A stretch of 64,000 bases of DNA, from contig OX597815.1 of the NCBI GenBank assembly GCA_951406725.2, forward strand, positions 14,756,001 through 14,820,000, read 5' to 3'. Shown in pieces: positions 13,981 to 26,046 of this stretch (the first letter of the stretch is position 1; every line of letters starts with the position of its first letter). A program made the translations under genes and the position numbers. The DNA is from Octopus vulgaris (taxonomy: Eukaryota). A model generated the notes under the pieces. The model saw only the letters and a list, made by a program, of their open reading frames with translations. It did no database searches and was not told the origin of the DNA.

Positions 13981-14200
13981 CCTTTTCATTACCAACCTGG
14001 CTAAAACCAGCTCTGGTTCTGAGTACAAATGTCTTGTTTTCATAAGTTTTTAATCAAAATCTTCCATCAAACCTTAGTCACAATTTATGTTCCTAACACT
14101 AGCTGGACGATAACTAAGTTATTTTACTAAATTCTTTGTTATATTTAAAATAATTGGAAGAAATACAGAGCATCTCAAAATAAATACAGTAATGAAAGGG
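13981..14200. mobile_element. piggyBac-like MITE
   Basis: TTAA at both ends; TIR CCTTTTCATTAC / GTAATGAAAGGG. Confidence 0.7.
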
Positions 14201-14572
14201 TTAATTTGCTTTGCGGGAAGGACTGTTTCAACGAAGTCGCGTCTTGCCCTTACCTTCGAAACACGGAGTAGCCGAAACAGGAGCAACTGAAGAAGGGGAA
14301 TATTCCTTGCGTTGTACGTCTTGTACTCTGTTTTTTCGTTGTTTGAAAAAAGTCCGTTTCCATGTTTTTGTTTTTATGTTTTTGTTTCTCGTTGTGTTCA
14401 ACGTTTTTCTGATGTCCTGTACCCATATATGCATGTATATATACATATAGATGTAGGTATGTACATATATGTATGTATATATGCATTTGTTTTATATAAT
14501 ATTATTTTGTTATTATATGATCAAATGCCACGCATCCACTTCCAAGTAAGTTTTATCTTTATATATATATAT

Positions 14573-14841
14573 TGGTAAAAACGGTAAGATAACAAAAGAA
14601 AGAAAGAGACCTCAATATTATGTAAATAGAGGAAATTTATCTATAAAATAATATGTTACATTACTCGATAGTCAAGATAAAACTCTGAGTTTCAGATGCC
14701 GAAGTGGAAATCCACAACACCATCTCTTCGGTTATCTGGCCAGATAACCGAAGAGATGGTGTTGTGGTTTTCCACTTCGGCATCTGAAACTCAGAGTTTT
14801 ATCTTGACTATTGAATAATGTAACATATTATTTTATAGATA
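14573..14841. mobile_element. Penelope-type fold-back element in (TA)n; palindrome 14638-14841 with hammerhead-like motif
   Basis: Spacer-less palindrome centred on TGG|CCA (14739/14740); motif AGATAA-CCGAAGA-GATG..CATC-T-GAAA-CTCAGAGTT-TTATCT; same family at 38951-39260. Confidence 0.7.
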
Positions 14842-14888
14842 TATTTATATATATATATATATAATTTGTTGTTTTATAACTTCTCAAG

Positions 14889-15074
14889 GCAGAGCCTCTT
14901 CGACTCCAACTATTGACCTCTTCATCACACTCTTGTCTCTTGGTTCTACTGGTTACATGAAACTTTTGAAAGACAGAAAAGAAATGTTTAAATATTTGAA
15001 GAATGCCCTGTCATCATGTGCCGAGAAACATGGCCAAGAATTACTGACCATCAACAATAATCAAATCTCAATGG
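14889..15074 (+). CDS. SEPSECS: SEPSECS exon
   Basis: aag acceptor; GRASSTPTIDLFITLLSLGSTGYMKLLKDRKEMFKYL...NNQISM; gtaagt donor; phase 1-1. Confidence 0.94.
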
Positions 15075-15232
15075 GTAAGTTACAGTTTTCTAATAACAAT
15101 CTCATTAACTTATTATTTAACCCTTATTGAGAAGACCCATCATAAAAAGGTATTTCAGGAATAATTATCCCATCTAATTTACCTACCACTATATTATTCA
15201 ATCTGTTCTTTTAATGTGGTAGCAGAACATTT

Positions 15233-15639
15233 GGATCTTTTCGGGTTGACTGGCAGTTTTTTAAAATAATTTCCACGTAACTAAAAAATTTTAAACGTCG
15301 TATACTGGTAGAATGTGTTTATAAAACATCTTTTTCTCTTGGCTTTATTGAGAAAATTCTATAGTTTGTAAGATATTTGTTGTTTTTTTCCTTCAATTTC
15401 TGCAATTTCAACCAATCAGTGACGTCCATTGAGGTAAAAAGCATTCTGTACTGTATGAATAAATGTCCCTCGTTTAAGAAACAGATTGGGTTTATTTACA
15501 TTTGTGAAGAAAAAAAGATACCCTTCCCCCACCCCTAACAGAGATTGAAATGCAATAGATCGATTCTAGGGTCATAATTATGGGTGACAATTTCATATGA
15601 CACCGCTAGAAAAAACTGCCGTTCAAACCGAAAAGATCC
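15233..15639 (-). mobile_element. MITE family M1 (Merlin-like), inverted relative to the 13173 copy
   Basis: Same TIR; perfect 8-bp TSD GAACATTT. Confidence 0.85.
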
Positions 15640-16463
15640 GAACATTTTGCAGTTATGTCTAGCAAACCAAGTGTCCATGTAGGGGATCCTCTTGTTGCAT
15701 CAAATTGTTGTGGTTGTTTGTTAGTAACTTTGTTTTTGTTGTTATTTAGTTTTGTTCACTTTGTCCGTCTCTGCCGAAGCAGACATTATGTCACCTGCTA
15801 AAACTCTAAAAATTGGAATAGAAATATATAACATAGAGGTTAAAGAATCAGCACTTTAGACAGTCAAGCCCTCCATCTTGATGAAGGCCAGACGTGTCTG
15901 ATTAGTGTCCAATTTTCTATCACTGACCATTATTCCAGCCGTGACCAATTTGAAGAATTATGCTACCCTATTGATTTTTGCAGTATATGTTGTGTAAAAA
16001 GATTCTAGAGAGGTCATTGCCAGTACCGCTTGACTGGCCTCCGTGCCAGTGGCATATAAAAGCACCCACTACAGTCTCAGAGTGGTTGGCATTAGGAAGG
16101 GCATCCAGCTGTAGAAACTCTGCCAGATCAAGACTGGAGCCTGGTGCAGCCATCTATTTCGCCAGCCCTCAGTCAAACTGTCCAACCCATGGAAAGCAGA
16201 CGTTAAACAATGATGATGGTGTTACAGAAAGTGCATCAACCAAGACAGGTGTTAACGAGATTGAAACAAGAGGCATAACTGAGCGATTCTTCTGTTAATT
16301 AACTGGCTGGACCTTAGTAAATAGAGTTATAGACCTTACACAATACCAGTATGAAAAATATATAATAGGAACTTGAGTTTTGTTCGCATATCTGCTTTGC
16401 TTTAGACAGCAGTGAGCTTCTTGTATCATTGATCATAATGTCTGTCTGTTTCTATTTCCATAG

Positions 16464-16545
16464 CAATGACCCTCAGATATGAAGAGAGTGTTAATGTAAC
16501 TGAAATTGGATCCATGCTGTTCAAACGATTTGTCTCAGGAACAAG
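16464..16545 (+). CDS. SEPSECS: SEPSECS exon
   Basis: tag acceptor; AMTLRYEESVNVTEIGSMLFKRFVSGTR (GSMLFxRxVSGxR motif); gtatgt donor; too short for the ORF track. Confidence 0.93.
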
Positions 16546-17069
16546 GTATGTTAGCTTCATACTACGCATCATCATCATCATCACCATCATCGTTTAACGT
16601 CCGTTCTCCATGCTAGCATGGGTTGGACGGTTCGACCAGGGATCTGGGAAGCCAGAAGGCTGCACCAGGCTCTGGTCTTATCTGGTAACGTTTCTACAGC
16701 TGGATGCCCTTCCTAACGCCAACCACTCCGTGAGTGTAGTGGGTGCTTTTTACGTGCCACCTGCACTGGTGCCAGGCGAGGCTGGCATCAGCCACGGTCG
16801 GATTGGTGCATTTTATGGAAGCCAGTCGAGGCGGCACTGGCTTCGGCTACGATTCGGATGGTGCTTTTTACGTGCCACCGATACGGAAGCCAGTCGAGGC
16901 GGCGCTGGCATCGGCCACAATTCGGATAGTACCTCCAGTCCCAGGGCCCTGGCATCTGCCGGGTGCCAGTCATAGGATTGGTTCAATTTCGATTTCAATT
17001 TCGATTTCACACCAAAACATGGAACATAAGGGTGAAACGTGAACTCTGCAAATCATCTATGATCTAGCT

Positions 17070-17345
17070 ATCATCTATGAAGCAATTTCCCCAGCTCCCC
17101 TTCAGGGTTGGCGAAAGCGATGTGGTGGACAACGAAAAACCTGACTGATGACAGTCAAGGCTGATCTGGAATCCAACCTAGGCTCCCATATCTACGGCGT
17201 TCGCCGCTGGAATAAGGAGTGGTTGGATATCACGCGGTCGTTAGCCACAAATCGCCAGGTCTGGTCGGCGTTTGTGAGAGATGCAGCATTGAGGACGAAT
17301 GAAGCCGGCTCAACCCACCCCGGGTGAATGCTGTCTCAAGACAAG
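17070..17345 (+). mobile_element. RTE-like LINE 3' end remnant
   Basis: Degenerate GWRKRCGGQRKT...WNKEWLD...NRQVWSAFVRDA, with CAAGA tail. Confidence 0.6.
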
Positions 17346-17866
17346 ACATCTCAGAGGGTAATAATTCTGAATAAGAATTCATACAGAGCAGGTTATCTTT
17401 CATTATGCTTGCAATGTGATAACCTCTCTAATACCTGTGGCATAAGATGTATGCAGTTCACTGTGTAAAGCAGTTATATGAGATGGAGCTGCTTTATGAA
17501 GGTCAGGCCAATCATAAACGTCTCATACAACAATAAACTGCTTTATCCCTAATTCACAGCTGAATCATCGTTCTCTATAAACAGGTACAAAAATGAAGAG
17601 AAAGTAAGAGTACAGAGGAGTAAGAACAAAACTCAACAATAAGTTAGGAGTAACATCTGGCTTTTGTTAGCTAGGCCCAGCTGGAGCACAGGTTTTGTCT
17701 TACCAAAAGCACTAAATGCTTGCGGTAAGATTCAAGCTCTGGACAATGTCAAGCACTTTTAATGCAAGGGTCAACTCTGCCAATCATTCCTCTGCATTCA
17801 GCAGATAAGCTATCAGTAATGAATAACTACACTCCTCCTCCATATAAAATTGGTAATGTACCTTAA

Positions 17867-18087
17867 CCCTTTAGCATTTAAACCAGCCATATCCGGCCAA
17901 AAGTATTCTGCCTGTTTTATGTTCAAACTGGCCAGATCTGGTCTCTCACACCAACCCCACAATATCGTTTTAAAAATTAACAGCTACCTCATCAAGATCT
18001 CAAAGCTACAAGATAATGCCTGATTAGTTCAAGACAATGTGGATGAAAAAGCATTAATTTTGGCAGAATAATGTGAACACTAAAGGG
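17867..18087. mobile_element. piggyBac-like MITE
   Basis: TTAA TSD; CCCTTTAG / CTAAAGGG termini. Confidence 0.75.
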
Positions 18088-18287
18088 TTAAATAACAGTA
18101 TATTATGAATAAATTGCAGCTCAGATTTTCACTGTAAAATGATATTTTTAGACATTATAAAAAGTAACAGCTTTAGTAGCTATGACTGGATTTGTTTGTC
18201 TTTCCTATCTGAATAAGTGCTTGTAACGTCTAAAAATATATAAAATGTATTGTAAAAATCATATTTCTTTCCATCTTTCATTGGTAG

Positions 18288-18618
18288 AGTAATTGCTAAA
18301 GATTCCGGGACAAAGGAAATATGCAAACGAAGCTTCGTGAATTTTGGAGCCCATTATAACAACTACCCATGCAGTTACCTGACCGCAGCTGCAGGTATTG
18401 GTATGACAAAAACTGATGTGGACACATTTATAAACAGATTAGATAAGGTACTTGCGAAGTTCAGTAACAGCAAGTGTGAGATAATCAAACAACCTTCTGA
18501 AGACGTAAGTACTAATGAAGATACAAGTACAACTAGTAAAGATAAGCTTACCAATGATAAATTAAATACAAGCATTAACGATGTATTAAGTAATGATGAT
18601 GTCAGTGTAAATACCTGA
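18288..18618 (+). CDS. SEPSECS: SEPSECS last coding exon
   Basis: RVIAK...FGAHYNNYPCSYLTAAAGIGMTKTDVDTFINRLDK then an acidic low-complexity tail; TGA at 18616-18618. Confidence 0.93.
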
Positions 18619-18682
18619 GACGTTTGTTTAGTAGATGTGATAGCTATATTATAAATCAATTCAAAATCATTTTCATTTTTAT

Positions 18683-18688
18683 AATAAA
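18683..18688 (+). promoter_or_regulatory. Candidate polyadenylation signal of SEPSECS
   Basis: AATAAA about 65 nt after the stop, with a T-rich tract downstream. Confidence 0.45.
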
Positions 18689-19880
18689 ACCACTTAGAAA
18701 AACTTTGCTAAATTGTTTTCTTTTGTTTTTGAAATGTATTGTCAAAGTTTTATATTAACATATGTATAAAATATGCACAGGCATGGCAGTGTGTAATTAA
18801 TTATTTCACTTAATAAGCTTGTGTGGCAGAAACGTTAGCACGCCGGGCGAAATGCTTAGCGGTATTTCGTCTGCTGTTACGTTGTGAGTTCAAATCCGAA
18901 GAGGTCGACTTTGCCTTTCATCCTTTCGGGGTTGATAAATTAAGCACCAGTTATGCACTGGGGTCGATGTAATTGACTTAATACCTATGTCTGTCCTTGT
19001 TTGTTCCCTTTATGTTTAGCCCCTTGTGGGTAATAAAGAAATAGGTATCAAGTGCAGTTCTATTGATTTTGGTTGGCCTGAGAAGTGTCTTCTCAGGCCA
19101 ACCAAAACCTAGCAAGTGGATTAAATAGAAATTGAAAGAAGCCATGTGTGTGGGTGTGTATTTACACATGTATGTATGTATATGTGTTGTTCAGTTGCAA
19201 TCGTCCAGAAAAATGTGTCCAGCCATTCAAAAGGACCAGGGAAAATATTACTTTGCTTTGAAACAAGAATGAATTGGCTGACAAGAAAAAGCATCCTCAT
19301 GTCAAGAATCTGCCACAATGAATTTCATTTAAAAGATACAAGGATGGAAAAAGTGGACATACACACAGCCATGGATGAATGAATATGGACTTCACTTCAT
19401 TACTAGTGTCTCGGCCCCATCAGCTAAACAAAGCATACATTCTTACACTGTGAAAGCATCAAGCAAAAAAAAATAAGTGATGTTTGTTGACATTCCCTTC
19501 TAAATCATCCTGTAATAACCATACTTTCAAAAACAAGTCGAATAAAAATATCCCTTATTTGACAAAGAGGTATGTGTTAGTAACAAAAGGGGCATTCAAC
19601 TAAAATAATGCCTTAGTATATATATTCATCAAATCCAGGCATAGGCAGTCTTTATCAAGAAGTGGGCTACATGAGACATGACTCATCTGGTAGGCCACAC
19701 TACAAAACAGTTCACAGTAATTTTTTATTCCATAAGGCTTGCCATTCAGAAAGGTCTGTTAACCACCAGTGGCCTCCTGAATGGTCTAGCTATTGCTCTA
19801 CCTTGGAAAACAGACATAAATCAAATGTATTTTTACATATACATATGATAATGAAGTGTCAAATTTCTTAAAATTCTTTC

Positions 19881-19918
<38 letters not shown>

Positions 19919-20430
19919 CATCATCATCGTTTAACGTCCGCTTTCCATGCTAGCATGGGTTGGACGATTTTGACTGAGGGCTGGTGAACAAGATGGCTGC
20001 ACCAGGCTCCAATCTTGATCCGATATATATATATATATACATACACAGGCACAAGCACTGTGGTAAGCAGTTTGCTTCCAAAACCTATGGTTCTGGGTTC
20101 AGTCCCATTGCATCGTACCTTAGACAAGTGTCTTCTACCCAAAGGCTTGTAAGTGGATTTAGCAGACAGAAACTGAAAGCAGTTTGTCAAGGTGAATGAT
20201 GATGATCTGTGTGTGTGCCCTTGTATCTGCATTTGTTCCCCACCATCACTTGACACTTGGTGTTGATGTATTTACATCTTAATAACTTAGCAGTTTGACA
20301 GAAAAAAAGAGAGACCAATGGAATAATTATCAGTTTAAAAAAAAAAAAATAAGTATTGGGTTTGATTTGCTCAACTAAACATTTACAGGCAGTGCCCAAA
20401 CATAGCTGTATGTCCAACGACTGAAACACG

Positions 20431-20462
<32 letters not shown>

Positions 20463-21076
20463 CAAAATGGGACAAGAACGCAAAACATCAGGACAACCAG
20501 GTGACACAAAAGGGGACAACAAAACATCCAGACAGACAATACAATAAAACAAGGACGGGTCATTCGAAGCCATCTATTCTCAGTCAAGAACCGGACCATC
20601 CTTGCAACCTCGGCTGACTAATCTTCAGACCGCTCCAATCCAGCCATCCCCAAGGAAAAACTAAGCCAAGAGCACTAGATTCCTTGGAAAAAAGCATCGA
20701 ATGCACACGAAAACAAGGACAGAAAAACAGATGATTTTACACAAATATAAATACAATAACAATAATAATAAGAGGACATAACAACAGGTGTCTTTCGACT
20801 GGGGACGAATTGAATTAAGCTGGTGTGTGTGTGGAAATGAAGCCTTACAGTAGAGATACAAAACTGTCACAAACACAGGGAAGAATATCGATGAGACAGT
20901 GAACACAGTCAGATGCAAAAAAAGGGCTCCTCCATGTTTTAATTAACAGAGGTTGTGTAAACCAACAAATTTGTGCTTTTTTCAAAAACTTTTTTTGAAA
21001 CCAAGATGACTTTCATAGATTCTGAGAGAAAATGTTGAAATATTAGAAATCCAGTTCGAAAAGAACTAAAATCTGC

Positions 21077-21082
21077 TTTATT
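21077..21082 (-). promoter_or_regulatory. Candidate polyadenylation signal of MRPS26
   Basis: AATAAA on the minus strand about 50 nt after the stop codon. Confidence 0.4.
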
Positions 21083-21134
21083 ATTTACACATACACACAA
21101 AAATATCTTCCATTTATGACTAAAATTTAAAGAA

Positions 21135-21296
21135 TTACTCAGATTTGGTATTTTCCGGTTCCTCTTCTAGTAACTTCGGTTCCTCCTCTTTGTAAAGATT
21201 TCCTTTTTTGTCAATAGCAAAATTATAATTAACTTTAGAGTCTATGGCATGTGCAATCTCTTTGTCAAGATCTTCAAGTGAGATAAATGGATTCTC
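21135..21296 (-). CDS. MRPS26: Mitochondrial ribosomal protein S26 (mS26), exon 4 (last)
   Basis: ENPFISLEDLDKEIAHAIDSKVNYNFAIDKKG...KSE*; resembles the mS26 C-terminal FITxENL...YNxAI motif; cag acceptor; TAA stop. Confidence 0.88.
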   Translation of the reverse strand, partial: ENPFISLEDLDKEIAHAIDSKVNYNFAIDKKGNLYKEEEPKLLEEEPENTKSE

Positions 21297-22174
21297 CTGA
21301 AATAAGAAAGAAAATAATAATTATATATTTATTTCTGAGAGTTGAATGATATAAACACAGGCTACTCAAAAACAATTGGTCATAACAAGGTCAACTGAAG
21401 AACTGAAGGCGGGGAGTTGGCAGAAACGTTAGCACGCTGGGTGAAATGCTTAGCAGTATTTCGTCTGCCGCTACATTCTCAGTTCAAATTCCACCAAGGT
21501 CGATTTTGTCTTTCATCCTTTTGGGGTCCATAAACTAAGTACCAGTTACGCACCAGGGTCGATATAATTGACTTAATCCATTTGTCTGTCCTTGTGTGTC
21601 CCCTCTGTGTGTAGTAAAGAAATAGGTATTTCGTCTGCCGCTACATTCTCAGTTCAAATTCCACCAAGGTCGATTTTGCCCTTCATTCTTTCGGGGTCGA
21701 TTTTGCCCTTCATTCTTTCGGGGTCGATTAAATAAGTACCAGTTACGCACTGGAGTCGATATAATTGACTTAATCCGTTTGTCTGTCCTTGTGTGTTCCC
21801 TCAGTGTGTAACCCTTTGTGGGCAGTAAAGAAATAAGATGAACTGAAGAAATGTAAACTAAGGGGTCTAGTGTAAACCTATCAGACAGAATTTGAATTCG
21901 CCATTAACTGGCCAACAGTCGAATACCTTAATCCAGTGGTCCTCAACCAGGGGCGGTCTATATGGATTTAGTTAAAGTTTATCTGCAATAAGTTGGTTAT
22001 GCTTCTACAACACAATATATTTTTAATCCTTTTTATACAATACCTAATAATATCTAATTATAAAAATATAATAGGATTTCTTTTTTAACATGAGGGGCCA
22101 GCAGAACAAAATAGGAATCTAAGGGGTCCTTAGGTAAGAAATGGTTGAGAACCATTACCTCTACTAATCAACTA

Positions 22175-22685
22175 CCGTAAATCCTCGAGTATAATCCACA
22201 TTTTCCCCCCAAAATTTAAAGGTCAAAATCCCTAGTGCGTATTATACACGAGGTTAAAAATGAAAAATATTTTCTAAGCAATGTCCGAGTCTCTATTTGC
22301 TGTCCGGTAATGTTTATTCAGACGTATTTTGTGATGTCGGGCGCGGAAATACCTTAAGCTAAGCCTGAAAGCAATGAAGTCATAAAAGAATCATCCATAA
22401 CTTGCAGTAAGCAACATTTATTAAACGTTATTACTGTTATTTCTTTATTTTCTGCGAACAAAATGCACAAAAAAGCTACACGTTTGCATCATGTTATATA
22501 TACAATAATAATAAAGGGCGTGACCGTATACATTTTTACAAACCAAGGACGTTATATAGTCCTCCTTGACTCAAGTTAGAGAAGGGGTGTGTATTATACA
22601 CAAGGTTTAGGTTTTTCAGAGATACAGCTCAAAAAAATCCCTTGCGTATTATACTCAAGGGCGGACTACACTCAAGGATTTACGG
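22175..22685. mobile_element. Tc2/pogo-like non-autonomous DNA transposon
   Basis: TA-flanked TIR CCGTAAATCCT; second copy in opposite orientation at 36186-36696. Confidence 0.78.
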
Positions 22686-23749
22686 TATTCCTATAAGATT
22701 CGGAAGAGTTACTTTCCTTGAATTGTGATTTTTGCAATGATTTTAGGTCTGATTGGAAAATAACCAAGGCAGAATTAATATGGCATATGAAGATATGGGG
22801 TGAAATAAAATGCAAGAACCCAGAAAGAAGCATATAAAATTTGTTGAGAATCTTATGGCACGTGTGCCAGTTGCGTGACACCAGCATCTGCCACGACTAC
22901 GATTTGACTTGGCTTGATAGATCTTCCTTCTCAAGTGCCGCATACTGTCAAAGATCTCCATTTGTCGTTGCCTCTGTGAGGCCCAGCAGGCAAAAGGTGC
23001 TAGTTACACGACACCTGCATCAGTCACATTGCTTCTGCATCAGGCCCAATGCTCGAAAGGTGCTTTTTATGTGCCACCAGCCTGGGTACCAGTTACATGA
23101 CACCAACAATGGCCACCACTATGATTTCATTAGGTTTAACGGTCTTCTCACGCATGGCATACCACCAAAGGTCTCAGTCATTAGTCATTGCCTCCATGAG
23201 GCCCAACGTTCGAAGATCATGCTTCACCACCTCGTCCTATGCCTTCTCGGGTCTCCCACTTCCACTGGTAGAGATTGGTACTTCTTCACACAGCTGTCTA
23301 CATCCGTACGCATCACAATGCAGTCATCTCTCTTGCTTGCACACCACATCTTATGCCCAGCTTTTCTCTCAAAACGTTTACAGTCTGTTGTGCATGCACA
23401 CTTACACTGCACGTCTAGCAAAGCACACCAGCTTTATTTCTTTCAAGCCTTTGCATGTCCTTGGCAGTCATAGCCAATGTTTCACTGCCATGTAGCATGG
23501 TTGTTCACACACAGGTATCATACAATCTGCCTTTTACCCTGAGGGAGAGGCCCTTTGTTACCAACAGAAGCAGCTCTCTGAACTTTGCCCAACCTATTTT
23601 TATTCTAGCAGCTATGCTCTCTAACCATCCACTCCCGCTACACACACACACACACACACACACTATCAACATTATGTTTATAGAAATGTAATCTGAATAA
23701 TACTAACTAAATAGGAAACTTATTAAAATAGTAATTAATAATAATAATA

Positions 23750-24120
23750 ATAATAATGAAATTATTGTATACAGTGCTCAGGTGCACCAGAACTTGTCAA
23801 AAGTGCATATAATGCATATGCAGTAATGTACAAATGTCTGGGAAGTGAACAGTGTATGAGTCAGATACATGCTTGCGTATGTATGGAAGGGAGAAAGTCA
23901 GGTGTAGTGTTGGCAAATCTCAGGAAGCGTGGAAGTTTTGAAGGATGCAGTGCTCCGACAACTAACAACTGATGCGGGCAGTTTGTTCCATGCTTCAGCA
24001 ACTCTCAGCGTGAAAAAATGTTTCCGAAAGTCATGGGAACTGTTTTCTGACTTTGTAAACATGTCCACAGGTGTCAGACAGGTGGAGTTTGAAAAGGTGC
24101 TCAGAGTCATTGTTTGTAAG
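23750..24120 (-). mobile_element. CR1/L2-type LINE 3' end
   Basis: HDFRKHFFTLRVAEAWNKLP...FK terminal motif with (ATT)n tail; related copies ~29590-29935(+), 51775-52090(-), and another family at 57140-57560(+). Confidence 0.75.
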
Positions 24121-24348
24121 ATGGTTAATAATTTTATGGGATACACGGTGACAGAAAGGGAATCCAAACTATACAAAAAATAATGACACAAACAAAATTG
24201 AATGGTTTTTCTCTAGTGGTATGTGTACCAAAGGACAAAGGGCTGTTGCTGGTGGTAAAATGAAGGTTGAGTGTCTGACAAATTCCTACAAGAAAAACAG
24301 GTGTTAATGAATGATGATAAATAGGAAAGAAAAATAGGATAACATTAC

Positions 24349-24472
24349 CAATTCAGCTAAGAATTTCTCTTCAGCTTTAATCATCCTATCAAGCCTATAC
24401 TGTTGATATCTCTCACTCCTCAGTTTTTTCTTCTCAGCATCAAATTCTGCTAGTCTTGCCATATCAGCTTCC
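24349..24472 (-). CDS. MRPS26: MRPS26 exon 3
   Basis: EADMARLAEFDAEKKKLRSERYQQYRLDRMIKAEEKFLAEL, charged helical segment; cag and gtaatg boundaries; phases consistent. Confidence 0.85.
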
Positions 24473-24588
24473 CTGCAATAAAATATGAATGAAATACACA
24501 CCTTTAGTACATAACATCTTTAAGGATGAATTTATTACATGTCACATGTTTATAACATATTTAACTTATGTTTATAACATAACTTATG

Positions 24589-24929
24589 TGGTTTCACCAG
24601 GTGAGACCATGACCATCTAAATAGGTTCGCTTGATTAAGGCTAAGAGCTGAATAACTTGAAAAACAACTGCACTGCTATCATTGGCTGTGGCTTCAACTA
24701 TTATAAGCTGAACACCAGTTCATTAAGCCGGTGGCTCTACTATGAGGGAACTCATAGTAGAGCCACCAGCTTAATGAACTGAGGTGTTCAACTTAGATAC
24801 ACATCTTATAATAGAGTTGAAGCCACAGCCAATGATAATAGTGCAGTTGTTTTCCAAGTTATTTAGCTCCGAGTTAGCCTTAATCAAGCAAACCTATTTA
24901 GATGGTCATGGTCCCAAGTGGTGAATCCA
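24589..24929. repeat. Long fold-back hairpin (arms ~160-180 bp, 4-nt loop)
   Basis: CTACTATGAG-ggaa-CTCATAGTAG centre; arms pair outward with some mismatches and indels. Confidence 0.88.
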
Positions 24930-25923
24930 TCTAATAAGACTTCGTTTAGAAAGCTGGAATAGAAGATGTCATTCGAAGAAAGAACAAAGTACAATGAATA
25001 TCGATAGAATCAAGCTGTAGCTTTTAAAAGTTTCTACTCCAGTTCGCAAATATATACAAGCTGAATAAATCACGAAAGGTATTTACAAGTAAAAGGCCAT
25101 GTTCAGCTTCTGCGTATCCTACGTCATAGTTGCTCAATGTCTATTAGCTGTTGTGTGCTTTATGCAAGAGCTAAAGAGGCCACATCCTCGCATGTTACTG
25201 TCTCAATGACAAAGAGGAAGGACTAGGTGCTGGAACCTCAGAGTTACACCTGGTGGTGAGCTATTTAGACAGCTCTCATCGGGGGAGGTAAATGTGCCTA
25301 AACTTATGATAAAGGCATTCCAACCATGACCATCATATTTTTTTGTTTTTACTTTTAAGCAGTGGACTCCATTAACCACTGCATTTTTTGTTTCAGACAA
25401 TTGACTGTAATTCGAGGGAAAACTTAGCTGCTATTTCTAGCAGGTCAAGCAACTATATAGAGATTCATTCATAATACAATATTACCCATGCTGGTGACAA
25501 GTGAAAAGCACCGTCTGAACGTGGGAGATGTCAGCGCCACCTGACTGGCGTCCGTGTCGGTGACACGTAAAAAGCACCAACCGATCGTGGTCGTTTGCCA
25601 GCCTCCTCTGGCCCCTGTGCCGGAGGCATGTAAAAAGCAACCACTACACTCACGGAGTGGTTGGCGTTAGGAAGGGCATCCAGCTGTAGAAACACTGCCA
25701 GATCAGACTGGCGCCTGGTGCAGCCTCATGGCTTCCCAGACCCCGGTCGAACCGTCCAACCCATGCTAGCATGGAAAACAGACGTTAAACAATGATTTAG
25801 CTATTTCACAATTTACATTTTATACCAACTCTTGTTGGCATAGAAAAACAGACATAAAATTAGGATGGTGATACAAACAAAACAACATTCACACAGTAGG
25901 AAATCACAAGCCATACTGCTCAC

Positions 25924-26046
25924 CTTTCTTGTGCCACCTGGGCATTCCATTTATCATTTTCTAGCAATAATTGTCTTAAATCTTCACTTGTATTCTGGGT
26001 CTGTGTTCTTTTTGGTCTTTCTGTTATCTCTTTTAAGAAATGTGTC
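25924..26046 (-). CDS. MRPS26: MRPS26 exon 2
   Basis: THFLKEITERPKRTQTQNTSEDLRQLLLENDKWNAQVAQER (NxxWN motif); tttttcag acceptor, gtgag donor; phase 2-2. Confidence 0.86.

Noticed and set aside
18616-18780. SEPSECS TGA read through as selenocysteine
   Set aside because: The TGA follows a non-conserved low-complexity tail, no SECIS-like stem is recognisable, and an AATAAA follows closely.
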